From: Candidatus Uhrbacteria bacterium
Lineage (GTDB): Bacteria > Patescibacteriota > Patescibacteriia > JACPHY01
NCBI GenBank assembly: GCA_016188355.1
Contig: JACPHY010000002.1
Location: 596-64,595, forward strand
Direction: 5' to 3'
DNA: 64,000 nt
The position numbers and the translations under genes were made by a program. Below, one piece after another: positions 27,308 to 36,716 of the stretch (position 1 is the first letter of the stretch; the number at the start of each line of letters is the position of its first letter). A model generated the notes under the pieces. The model had not been told where the DNA came from. It worked only from the letters and a program-made list of their open reading frames with translations, and searched no databases.

Positions 27308-27961
27308 CTACCCGCGAACGGGAAGATCGATTGCCGCAGCGGACGTGGGGACCTCGTATGCGGGTGGATGGAAGGTTTGAAATTTCTCGAGCGGCCAACC
27401 CCGCAACCACGCGCGACCCACGATCGCATTTCGAGGAATAGGACCAAAATCCTTGGAATCAAAACTCTGCCGACGATTGTCTCCGAGCACAAAAAACTCT
27501 TCGGGACCCAATACCACCATGCGCTCCCCCGGAGTCGTCACCCCCGTCCCGAGATAGGTCTCTGGAAGGATAAATCCGTTGGGACGCACGTCATTCGCAA
27601 TCCGTACGTGCCCATCGCGAATTTCGACCCGCTCTCCGGGAAGCCCAATGATCCGCTTGATGAAGAATTGCCGAGGATCGTACGGATACCGAAACACCAC
27701 AATATCGCCGCGCTCGGGCGCACGGAATCGATAGGAAAGCTCATCAATGATCAAGTACTCATGATCCTCGAAATTCGGCTCCATCGATGCACCCTTCACG
27801 TAGAATGGCTGCACGAGAAAGTAGCGGATGGGAATGATGATCGCCAGCGCCACAATCACCACGCGCACCACCTCGAGCAGGTACGCACCAAATGATCGGA
27901 ACCGCGAGCGTGTCACTGGCGTATCATGATCAAAATTCGATCGGTACTCTTCAAATGCCAT
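27308..27961 (-). CDS. lepB: Signal peptidase I
   Basis: GASMEP (Ser), RGDIVVF, IKRIIGLPG (Lys), GDNR..S.DS. Confidence 0.96.
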   Translation of the reverse strand: MAFEEYRSNFDHDTPVTRSRFRSFGAYLLEVVRVVIVALAIIIPIRYFLVQPFYVKGASMEPNFEDHEYLIIDELSYRFRAPERGDIVVFRYPYDPRQFFIKRIIGLPGERVEIRDGHVRIANDVRPNGFILPETYLGTGVTTPGERMVVLGPEEFFVLGDNRRQSFDSKDFGPIPRNAIVGRAWLRGWPLEKFQTFHPPAYEVPTSAAAIDLPVRG

Positions 27962-28124
27962 ACGCATCATTGCACGAAGGTCTCCACGGTCGTACGAATT
28001 CGATCGTACCAGATACCGAACGAAGATACCACCTGTACACGTGTGGCGTCAATGACCGTTGCGCGATTCTCTGGTAGAGTAAAAAAACGTTCGTGCGGGG
28101 GCATCGTACCTCGGCGACCTGCAT

Positions 28125-29579
28125 ATGGAACCAGTGCCCGCACCCAACCTCCTCACCAACCCCGATCCCCCTCCGCTCCCCCAACCCTCACGCGTGCGCC
28201 GCCTCGGCCGCGCGCTGCTCCGCGCCGCAGGAACGACGGCAATCATCCTTGCGGTCACCTTTGCCGTACTCGCCTGGACTACGCGCTCCTCCCACCCCAA
28301 CATCCTGCTCGCGCTCCGCGACTCCGCAACGGTGCAATCCGTGCTCTCCCTCCTCCGGAGCCCTTCCGTGGTTCTCCTGGGAGAACGGGAGGACCGCGTG
28401 AACGTGCTCCTCATCGGCATCGGCGGCACCGGTCATGATGGACCACTCCTCGCCGACACCATCCTGGTCGCCAGTATTCAGCCCTCCACCCACCGTGCCA
28501 CCCTCATCTCCATTCCGCGCGACCTCCTGCTCCCCCTGCCGGACGGACGACTCCAAAAAGCAAATGCGGTCCACGCATTCGCAGAGGACGAACGTGGGGA
28601 TGGTGCCACCGCACTACGCACCAGCCTCAGCACCGTGCTCGGCATAGATATCCCCTATCACCTGCGCGTCGATTTCCGCGGTTTTGTGGGACTCGTGGAT
28701 GCGCTCGATGGGGTGGACATCCACGTCGAACGCACGCTCGATGACGCGCTCTATCCTATTACCGGTCAGGAAAACGCACCATGGTCGGAACGATTTGAGC
28801 ATCTCGTTATCCCCGCAGGCATCCAGCACATGAATGGCACGCTCGCCCTCAAATATGTCCGCTCGCGACACGCGATCGGGATCGAGGGCTCCGATTTCGC
28901 ACGCGCCCGTCGCCAGCAACGCCTCCTCGCTGGCATCCAGGAACGCATCCGGGAGAACGGACTCTTCCAGAATCCGCGCGCCCTCCTCGCGCTCGCCGAA
29001 ACATGGCGCTCGCACCTCGCCACGAATTGCACCCCGCCGGAACTCTATCGACTCGCTTCATTCGGTCAACGCTTCGATGACCAGTCCGTGCATCGCATCG
29101 TGTTCACCGATGGACCATCCGGCGAACTCGTTGGCGGCAGAGAACGAAACGGCTCCTACGCACTACGTCCTCGCGGGGGCACCTACGACGTCCTCCGCTC
29201 CACCGTTGCGCGCGCGCTCGCCGCAAGCAGCACCACCACTGCGCCCGTCACCACCTACGCCGTCACCATCTGGAATGGCACTACCATTGGTGGGCTCGCC
29301 GCTCGCACGTCTGCACGCATCGCACGCCCGATGCTCACGGTGACCGATATCCGAAACGCGCCCGTACGCACCCTGGAGCGCAGCATTATCTACCATCGCG
29401 ATGCCATTCCTGCACCCCTCATTCTGGAACTCCAGCGCCTCCTGAACGCCGACGCGTCCACCGCATTCCCCACGCTTCCCACCACAGTATCGTCGCCACC
29501 TGATATCCTAATCGTACTCGGCAACTCCAGCGCCTCGACGCTGACCACCCACACCCGTTCCGACCCACGCGGCGGATAA
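28125..29579 (+). CDS. LCP (LytR-CpsA-Psr) family cell-envelope protein with C-terminal LytR_C domain
   Basis: NVLLIG, DTI, SIPRD, VDF.GF...VDA, YVRSRH, SDF.R..RQQ; C-terminal WNGT..GLA. Confidence 0.92.
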   Translation: MEPVPAPNLLTNPDPPPLPQPSRVRRLGRALLRAAGTTAIILAVTFAVLAWTTRSSHPNILLALRDSATVQSVLSLLRSPSVVLLGEREDRVNVLLIGIGGTGHDGPLLADTILVASIQPSTHRATLISIPRDLLLPLPDGRLQKANAVHAFAEDERGDGATALRTSLSTVLGIDIPYHLRVDFRGFVGLVDALDGVDIHVERTLDDALYPITGQENAPWSERFEHLVIPAGIQHMNGTLALKYVRSRHAIGIEGSDFARARRQQRLLAGIQERIRENGLFQNPRALLALAETWRSHLATNCTPPELYRLASFGQRFDDQSVHRIVFTDGPSGELVGGRERNGSYALRPRGGTYDVLRSTVARALAASSTTTAPVTTYAVTIWNGTTIGGLAARTSARIARPMLTVTDIRNAPVRTLERSIIYHRDAIPAPLILELQRLLNADASTAFPTLPTTVSSPPDILIVLGNSSASTLTTHTRSDPRGG

Positions 29580-29601
29580 TGCACGGACTGCACATCACGA
29601 T

Positions 29602-31005
29602 ATGTTTACGGTTGCGCTCATTGGCCGAACCAACGTGGGAAAATCCACGCTCTTCAATCGCATCATCGGATCCGCTCGAGCTATCGCATCCGCGATTCCG
29701 CACACCACCCGAGATCGTAATAGCGCCACGACCGAATGGCGTGGCGTTCCGATGCGATTCATCGATACGGGAGGCGTGGAGGAGCTGGCCGCCGCACCCG
29801 CCCGTCACGCACGGCGAGATCCCATCATCGCGGAAATCACGCAGCAGGTGGAACTCGCCGTGACCGAGGCCGATCTCCTCCTCTTCGTGGTGGACGTCCG
29901 ACATGGACCACTCCCCGGCGAATACGCCATGGTCCGCGATCTCCGCAAATTGCGACGTCCGATCCTCATCGCATGTAATAAGGTGGAAACGCCGCGGCAC
30001 CGACAGGGCTGCGTCGAATTCGCTGCGCTCGGACTTGGCGATCCGTTCCCCGTTTCCGCGCTCACGGGCACCGGAGTCGGCGATTTGCTCGACGCTCTCA
30101 TCGCTCACGCACCCGCCGCAGCGGACGCATCCGACGACCGAACGCCGCCCCTTCCCGAAACTGCGGATGTGCGCGTGGCGATTGTGGGGGAACCGAATGT
30201 GGGGAAATCCTCCCTCATTAATGCCATCCTCAATCGCTCAGAGGTCATCGTGCACCCAGAACCTTTTACGACGCGCGACATCCACGACGTGACCTTCGTC
30301 TGGAAATCCCGCGATACCACGCGACCCACCACCAACGTCACCCTGCTCGACACCGCGGGGGTACGGCGGGTCGCATTCCAAGCAACTCGCGGCACCCGAA
30401 CCCGTCTCGCGGCCATCGAACGCATGGCGGTGGAACGGAGCCTCCATGCGATTCGCCATGCGGATGTCGCATGTCTCGTGCTTGATGCAACCCGCTCGGC
30501 ATCCCATCACACCAAACAACTTGCCGCAGCAATTACGGAGGCCCACTGCGCCGCGCTCATCATCGTCAATAAAATTGACCAGATGACTCCGCGCCCCGAT
30601 CCCGCCACGCTTGCCGCGAGCGTACGCCGCCAGTTTCCTCACTTGGCATGGGCACCCGTATTGCCGACCTCCGCACTCACGCGCGCTGGGGTAACCGCAG
30701 TAATTCCGGCCGCGCTCGCGGCGACGGATGCATGGCGTCGTATGGTACCCGCCGAAACGCTGGCGCACATCTACGCCGCCGCGAAAGCAGCAATCCCCCA
30801 AAGCAAAACCCCATTCGGTCGCCGCCGCTCCCAACTCCTCGAACTTTCCCAGGTCAGCACGACGCCGCCCACCTTTCTCCTCCGCACGCGCCCTCGCATC
30901 AAACTCCCCGTCGCCATTCCCCGCATCGTGGAGCATGCGATCCGTGATGCCGTGGATTTCTCTGGGAGTCCGATCCGACTCATCATGCGATCCACGAAGG
31001 AATGA
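29602..31005 (+). CDS. der: Ribosome biogenesis GTPase Der/EngA
   Basis: Two G domains: GRTNVGKS/TTRD/DTGG/NKVE and GEPNVGKS/TTRD/DTAG/NKID. Confidence 0.93.
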   Translation: MFTVALIGRTNVGKSTLFNRIIGSARAIASAIPHTTRDRNSATTEWRGVPMRFIDTGGVEELAAAPARHARRDPIIAEITQQVELAVTEADLLLFVVDVRHGPLPGEYAMVRDLRKLRRPILIACNKVETPRHRQGCVEFAALGLGDPFPVSALTGTGVGDLLDALIAHAPAAADASDDRTPPLPETADVRVAIVGEPNVGKSSLINAILNRSEVIVHPEPFTTRDIHDVTFVWKSRDTTRPTTNVTLLDTAGVRRVAFQATRGTRTRLAAIERMAVERSLHAIRHADVACLVLDATRSASHHTKQLAAAITEAHCAALIIVNKIDQMTPRPDPATLAASVRRQFPHLAWAPVLPTSALTRAGVTAVIPAALAATDAWRRMVPAETLAHIYAAAKAAIPQSKTPFGRRRSQLLELSQVSTTPPTFLLRTRPRIKLPVAIPRIVEHAIRDAVDFSGSPIRLIMRSTKE

Positions 31006-31010
31006 GGGGT

Positions 31011-32063
31011 ATGTCTCGCATTCTCTACGGTCTCGCCGGGGAGGGTGGCGGCCATGCGGCGCGCGCCAAGGAGATCATCCGACATTGCGAATCACGTGGG
31101 CATCGCGTGCTCGCGTGTTCATCCGCAACCGGATATGCGCGTCTCCAGGGACAGGTGCGTCTTTTTGCGATTGGCGGATTCCGACTCGCATACGAACAAA
31201 ATTCGTTGCGATACCTGAGAACCGTCTTCCGAAATTTGCGCGCAGTGCCCGAGCTCGCCCGCAGCCTGGATCGGATCAGCAGCGCCATACGGCGATTCCG
31301 ACCACAGCTCGTGTGTTCCGATTTTGAACCGCTGACCGCATTCCTCGCGCGCGCACACGGCATCCCGGTCATCTCCATTGATAACCAGCACCAGTTGACC
31401 CGCACCGTGCTCCGACCGCTCCTCCGCGATCGTTCGGATGCGATCACCGCCATGGCCGCAACTCGACTCATGCTGCCCACCTGCGCCGCGTACGTGGTTG
31501 CCGACTTCTCTGGCGCGCGCCCGATCCAGCCGAACACGTTCGTCATTCCCCCGGTGCTCCGTCGCGAAGTCATCCGATTGCGACCCACATCCGGTCGCCA
31601 TCTCCTCGTCTACAGCACCACCGGATCCGCCGACCTCCTCCCCATGGTGCGCGCGCTCCGCATTCCCACCATCCTGTACGGTTGCCCGGTCACGCAGACA
31701 CAGCAGCAGGGATCCGTCACCCTGAAACCAATCAGCGGCACCGAATTCCTTCGTGACCTCGCCAGCGCTCGCGCCGTTGTTGCGAATGCGGGATTCTCCT
31801 TGATCACCGAAGCACTCCACCTTGGAAAACCGTACTGCGCCGTTCCGGTCCAGCATCAATTTGAGCAACTTTGGAATGCCACGCTCCTCGCGCGGCAGGG
31901 ATACGGCATGCGCTCCGACGCACTGACGATCACCCAGCTCCGCACCTTTCTCCGCCGTTGCCCCCAATACCACCGCACCCTTCGCGCATATCCCTACCAT
32001 GATAATCGCGATGCGCTCCGAACCATCGATGCCCTGATTACGGAGCATGCGCTCCCGCGTTAG
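31011..32063 (+). CDS. GT-B glycosyltransferase (MJ1255/VC2487-like)
   Basis: ILYG..GEG.GH..R, SDFEP, IDNQH, NAGF..I.EAL..GKP, Q.EQ..NA. Confidence 0.85.
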   Translation: MSRILYGLAGEGGGHAARAKEIIRHCESRGHRVLACSSATGYARLQGQVRLFAIGGFRLAYEQNSLRYLRTVFRNLRAVPELARSLDRISSAIRRFRPQLVCSDFEPLTAFLARAHGIPVISIDNQHQLTRTVLRPLLRDRSDAITAMAATRLMLPTCAAYVVADFSGARPIQPNTFVIPPVLRREVIRLRPTSGRHLLVYSTTGSADLLPMVRALRIPTILYGCPVTQTQQQGSVTLKPISGTEFLRDLASARAVVANAGFSLITEALHLGKPYCAVPVQHQFEQLWNATLLARQGYGMRSDALTITQLRTFLRRCPQYHRTLRAYPYHDNRDALRTIDALITEHALPR

Positions 32064-32064
32064 T

Positions 32065-32661
32065 ATGCCCCTCCACCTCCTCTGTATTGGACTCGGCAAC
32101 CCCGGATCGGAATATCTCCACACACGCCACAATGTAGGGTTTCGCGTCATTGATACCCTGGCCGCACAGCTCGGATGCACACTCCGACGCTCCACGCGAC
32201 ACCATGCAATGACCGCGCGATGCACGACCGATGATGCGCGCACGCTCCTCCTTGCACAACCACTGACCTTCATGAATGCCAGCGGACTGGCATTCACATC
32301 GCTCACCCGCCAGTATCATCCGGAAATGATCATCATCTGTTCCGATGACCTCGATCTCCCCATCGGCACCCTCCGATGGACGCGCGGCGGATCGAGCGGC
32401 GGCCATCGCGGCCTCCAATCCATCATCGATGCGGGAGGCAAAGATACCCTGCGCCTCCGCATCGGCATCGGCACGAACCGCACCACCAATGGCCATCGCA
32501 TCCCCGCGGAGGATTTCGTGCTCCAACAGTTTTCTTCCACCGAACTCGCAACCCTCGCACCCGCCATCGTCCGCGCCACCGCGGCCATCCTCCTCCTCGC
32601 CCATCACGGGTTCGATGCAGCGCAGCAATTCGCCAACACCCGACCGGAAACGCCATCATAA
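32065..32661 (+). CDS. pth: Peptidyl-tRNA hydrolase
   Basis: GLGNPG..Y..TRHNVGF, P.TFMN.SG, DDLD, GGH.GL.SI, RLRIGIG. Confidence 0.96.
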   Translation: MPLHLLCIGLGNPGSEYLHTRHNVGFRVIDTLAAQLGCTLRRSTRHHAMTARCTTDDARTLLLAQPLTFMNASGLAFTSLTRQYHPEMIIICSDDLDLPIGTLRWTRGGSSGGHRGLQSIIDAGGKDTLRLRIGIGTNRTTNGHRIPAEDFVLQQFSSTELATLAPAIVRATAAILLLAHHGFDAAQQFANTRPETPS

Positions 32662-32695
32662 ACTGCTCCACGCGTGCATGCGTGGAGCAGTATTG

Positions 32696-33055
32696 CTACT
32701 TCTTCTTTGGTGGTGGCTGCGCAAGGCGCCGGATGGTTGCTTCGGGATCCTCCAAGAGGTCAGGCCGCTTGCCATCTAACATATCCCGAATCGCACGAAT
32801 CGCTTCCAGACCACGCTCCCGTTCGCTCTTCCGTTCCGCACGAGTTTTTGGTGGCCGATGGCGCGCATCCTGCCCATGAAAGAGCCGCGTTGCCTCCTGC
32901 TCTTCTTCCAGCGTGGGATGATAGGGTTCCGGTGATGCCGATGGCAACGCTCCTGGCGTTTCCGAATTCGGGGGATCCACCGATGCATCCTCCTGCGCAT
33001 CCGCAGCAGAACGAAGAAAAGGGAACTCGAATTGATTGGGTCGACGTATGCCCAT
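32696..33055 (-). CDS. Hypothetical charged, likely disordered protein
   Basis: 119-aa ORF filling the gap between pth and dprA; no recognisable motif. Confidence 0.5.
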   Translation of the reverse strand: MGIRRPNQFEFPFLRSAADAQEDASVDPPNSETPGALPSASPEPYHPTLEEEQEATRLFHGQDARHRPPKTRAERKSERERGLEAIRAIRDMLDGKRPDLLEDPEATIRRLAQPPPKKK

Positions 33056-33109
33056 GCACGCTCAATATACGCCATGCCCGGGAATACGGCAACGCATACC
33101 GTCACCCGT

Positions 33110-34201
33110 ATGAACACCCTCCGGCCTTGGATCGGACTCGCGGCGCTCGTCGATGTGCTGGGGTGTCGCAATCTCCATCGCATCCTCGCACACGTCGATG
33201 GCGATGCGTCCGCTGCCTGGCATGCCACACCTGCGCTCCTTGCGGCATCAGGTTGTTCCCCGGCCATCGTCCAAAAATGGTCCACCGCCCACCACGCCAT
33301 TGATTGCGACGCGCTCACTGCGGCCATTGACCACGCATCGATCACGGTCATCCCCCATGGGGACGCACGGTATCCCGCGGCACTCGCAACCATCCCCGAT
33401 CCACCCATCGCACTCTTCGTACGCGGCAACCCCGATACGCTGCTCGCATCGCCGCTCCTCGCGGTGGTCGGCACGCGTGCCGCATCGCCCTACGGCATTG
33501 CCGCAACCACCCACCTCGTCGAACCGCTGGCCCGCGCGGGGTGCACGATCGTCTCCGGACTCGCCTACGGTATCGATGCAGTCGCGCATCGCGTTTGTGT
33601 AGAGCAACACGGACGTACCGTCGCGGTACTCGGCACCGGAACCGACGCTCGCAACATTTCTCCAGCCACGCATCGTGGCCTCGCCGAGGCCATACTCCAG
33701 AACAACGGTGCCGTCGTGAGCGAATACGTTCCCGGCACGCCGGGCATCCCCATGCACTTCCCCGCGCGCAACCGCATCGTTGCCGGACTCACCGCAGGCA
33801 CCGTGGTCGTCGAAGCGCCTATGGATTCCGGCGCGCTCATCACGGCACAATTTGCGCTCGATTTTGGCCGAGAGGTATTCGCGGTCCCCGGACCGATCAC
33901 CAGCGCACTCCATGCCGGCGTGCACGCACTCCTCAAAACGGGAGCCACGCCCGTCACGGATGCACGCGACCTGCTCGACCTCATCCCCCTCCCCGCCACA
34001 CTCCCCCTCCCCATGGCCGCACCCCGAGATCCCATTGCCGCCCGCATCCTCGACGCCCTCGGAGCCGCACCCGCGCATGCGGATGCCCTCCATGCGGCAC
34101 TCGGTATTTCCGCCGCAATACTCGCCAGCACCTTGACATCTTTAGAACTGGATGGTGCAATCCGAAACGTTGGCGGTGGACGCTACATTCGGGTCGGGTG
34201 A
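33110..34201 (+). CDS. dprA: DNA-processing protein DprA
   Basis: YP..L..I.DPP, AVVGTR, IVSGLAYGID, FP.RNRI, SGALITA, GREVFAVPG. Confidence 0.96.
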   Translation: MNTLRPWIGLAALVDVLGCRNLHRILAHVDGDASAAWHATPALLAASGCSPAIVQKWSTAHHAIDCDALTAAIDHASITVIPHGDARYPAALATIPDPPIALFVRGNPDTLLASPLLAVVGTRAASPYGIAATTHLVEPLARAGCTIVSGLAYGIDAVAHRVCVEQHGRTVAVLGTGTDARNISPATHRGLAEAILQNNGAVVSEYVPGTPGIPMHFPARNRIVAGLTAGTVVVEAPMDSGALITAQFALDFGREVFAVPGPITSALHAGVHALLKTGATPVTDARDLLDLIPLPATLPLPMAAPRDPIAARILDALGAAPAHADALHAALGISAAILASTLTSLELDGAIRNVGGGRYIRVG

Positions 34202-34282
34202 ATACTACAAACACCGAGGCCTCCGCCACTTCCCCTCTCGTATTCCAGTTCTTCCGTCCTTACTTCTTTAGCCTCTCCCCAC

Positions 34283-36655
34283 ATGTCCGCTCATGCCGCT
34301 CCGTCCACGTCCGGGCGCACGCTCATCATTGTGGAGTCGCCCACTAAGGCAAAAACGATCGGCGCATTCCTTGGCGCCGAGTTTATCGTACGTTCATCGT
34401 ACGGACACATTCGTGATCTCCCCAAAGGAGAACTCGGCGTCGATGTCACGAATCGTTTTACGCCGCGGTACATCATTCCCACGGATCGACGGAAGGCAGT
34501 CACGGAACTGAAAAACGAAGCCGCACACGCACGCGACGTCATCCTGGCGACCGACGAAGACCGCGAAGGAGAAGCAATCGCATGGCACCTCGCGCAAGCA
34601 CTGGAGCTTCCCCCAGAAAAAACGAAACGGATCGTATTCCACGAAATCACCCGCTCTGCGATCGACCACGCCTTGACGCATCCGCGCCGCATCGACATGG
34701 AGCTCGTCGAGGCGCAACAAGCGCGTCGCATTCTCGATCGTCTCGTTGGCTACACCCTCTCTCCCTTCCTCTGGCGCAAAGTCGCCTCGGGGTTATCCGC
34801 AGGACGCGTGCAATCCGTTGCCGTACGCGTGCTCGTGGATCGGGAACGCGAAATTCGCGCGTTCACGCCCGAGGAGTACTGGACTATCGACGCCGCACTC
34901 CGCACCACGCCCGGCGTATCGGTCACCGCTGGCCTCAAACTCCGCGATGGCGCGAAGTACGTACCCGCGACTGCCGCGGAAGCAGCGGAGGTGGTCCACG
35001 CCTGTACCCCCGCCTCCTTCACGGTCACCAACGTGGAAGAAAAAGAGCTCACGAAGCGCCCGCCCGCCCCATTCACCACTTCCACGCTCCAACAGGAGGC
35101 GAGCCGGAAACTTGGGTACTCCGTGAAGCAGACGATGATGCTCGCGCAGCAGCTCTACGAACGCGGATTCATCACGTACATGCGTACGGATTCCGTCGCG
35201 CTCGCGCAAGAGGCGGTCACCGCAATCCGCAATCAGGTCGCCACACAATTTGGCGTCGCGTACACGCTCGATGCGCCGCGCACCTATACCACGAAGAGCA
35301 AGGGCGCGCAGGAGGCCCACGAGGCGATTCGTCCCACGGACGCCGCACACACCCCTGATGCACTCGCCGGAGCACTCGATGATCGGCAGCGCGATCTCTA
35401 CGCAGTGATCTGGAATCGCACCATGGCCACCCAAATGCGCGATGCGCAATTGAAGCGGGTCGCCGCGAATATTGCCGCGGATCGATACGGATTCCGCGCA
35501 ACAGGACAAACGATTCTCTTCGACGGCTTTCTCCGTCTCTACCAAGAAACCCGAGAGGAAACGGAACCGCGGGACAGTGAGGATCAGGAGGGAGAGAAGT
35601 TCATCCCTCCCCTCCGCGCCGGCGAACTGCTCGCGCTCGAGCAGTTACGACCGGAGCAGCATTTCACGAAGCCGCCTGCTCGATACACGGAGGCGACGCT
35701 CGTCAAAAAACTCGAGGAGGAGGGCGTGGGACGACCTTCCACGTACGCACCCACCATTGCAACCGTCCAAGATCGCGGATACGTCCGCAAAGAGGGGCGC
35801 CAGCTCATCCCCGAGGAAGTCGCCTTTCTCGTCACCGATCTCCTCACGGAGCATTTTCCGAGCATTGTCGATCTCCAATTCACCGCAAAGATGGAGGAGG
35901 ATCTCGACACCATCGCACAAGGTGGTCGCGATGATGTAGCATTCCTCGATGCCTTCTTCACGCCATTCGATCAACAGGTCAAAGCGAAGACGGAGACGCT
36001 CACTAAGGCGGACGTCACCCAGGAACGTGTGCTGGGCCGCGATCCTGCATCCGGACTCGAGGTTCTGGTCCGTACTGGCCGTTTCGGACCATACGTGCAA
36101 CTCGGTCGCCTCGAGGACATGCCGGACCTGCCGCCAAAGACGCCGCGCAGTAAACCGAAGAAGCAGAAACCGAAAGCAACCTCGCTCCCGAGCGGCGTCG
36201 ATCGCGACGCCGTGACCCTCGACCAGGCACTCGCACTCCTCGCATTCCCGCGAACCCTCGGGGAACAGGAGGGCGCCGCGATCACCGTACACCTCGGTCG
36301 TTTTGGCCCGTACATCAAATACGGCGACGCGAACGCATCGATCCCTGCGGGCACCGATCCGACCACCGTAACCCTCGAGGATGCCATCCGATTCGTACGG
36401 GAAGCGAAGGAACGGAAACAAAAAGCGGCCGAACCGCTCCGTGTCCTAGGCGCTGACCCGGAAACGGGCAAGGACCTCCAGGTGAAGCAAGGGCGCTTCG
36501 GCCCCTATGTCACGGACGGCACGACGCACGCTTCGATTCCGAAATCTTCATCGGTGGAAGCGATCACCCTGGAGGAGGCAACTGCGCTCCTCATCAAAAA
36601 ACGCAATCGCCCACCATCCGCATTCCGCGGACGACGACCATCGAGGAAAAAATAA
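34283..36655 (+). CDS. topA: DNA topoisomerase I with C-terminal GRFGPY repeats
   Basis: IVESP.KAK, GHIRDL, ATD.DREGE, SAGRVQS, ITYMRTDS, GRPSTYA; three GRFGPY repeats instead of Zn ribbons. Confidence 0.97.
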   Translation: MSAHAAPSTSGRTLIIVESPTKAKTIGAFLGAEFIVRSSYGHIRDLPKGELGVDVTNRFTPRYIIPTDRRKAVTELKNEAAHARDVILATDEDREGEAIAWHLAQALELPPEKTKRIVFHEITRSAIDHALTHPRRIDMELVEAQQARRILDRLVGYTLSPFLWRKVASGLSAGRVQSVAVRVLVDREREIRAFTPEEYWTIDAALRTTPGVSVTAGLKLRDGAKYVPATAAEAAEVVHACTPASFTVTNVEEKELTKRPPAPFTTSTLQQEASRKLGYSVKQTMMLAQQLYERGFITYMRTDSVALAQEAVTAIRNQVATQFGVAYTLDAPRTYTTKSKGAQEAHEAIRPTDAAHTPDALAGALDDRQRDLYAVIWNRTMATQMRDAQLKRVAANIAADRYGFRATGQTILFDGFLRLYQETREETEPRDSEDQEGEKFIPPLRAGELLALEQLRPEQHFTKPPARYTEATLVKKLEEEGVGRPSTYAPTIATVQDRGYVRKEGRQLIPEEVAFLVTDLLTEHFPSIVDLQFTAKMEEDLDTIAQGGRDDVAFLDAFFTPFDQQVKAKTETLTKADVTQERVLGRDPASGLEVLVRTGRFGPYVQLGRLEDMPDLPPKTPRSKPKKQKPKATSLPSGVDRDAVTLDQALALLAFPRTLGEQEGAAITVHLGRFGPYIKYGDANASIPAGTDPTTVTLEDAIRFVREAKERKQKAAEPLRVLGADPETGKDLQVKQGRFGPYVTDGTTHASIPKSSSVEAITLEEATALLIKKRNRPPSAFRGRRPSRKK

Positions 36656-36681
36656 AAAAAGAGAGACCTCTGCAAAAGAAT

Positions 36682-36711
36682 ACCCCCGCCCTCTCGAGAG
36701 AGGGCGGGGGT
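36682..36711. terminator. Palindromic hairpin between convergent genes
   Basis: ACCCCCGCCCTCTCGAGAGAGGGCGGGGGT. Confidence 0.65.
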
Positions 36712-36716
36712 TCGTA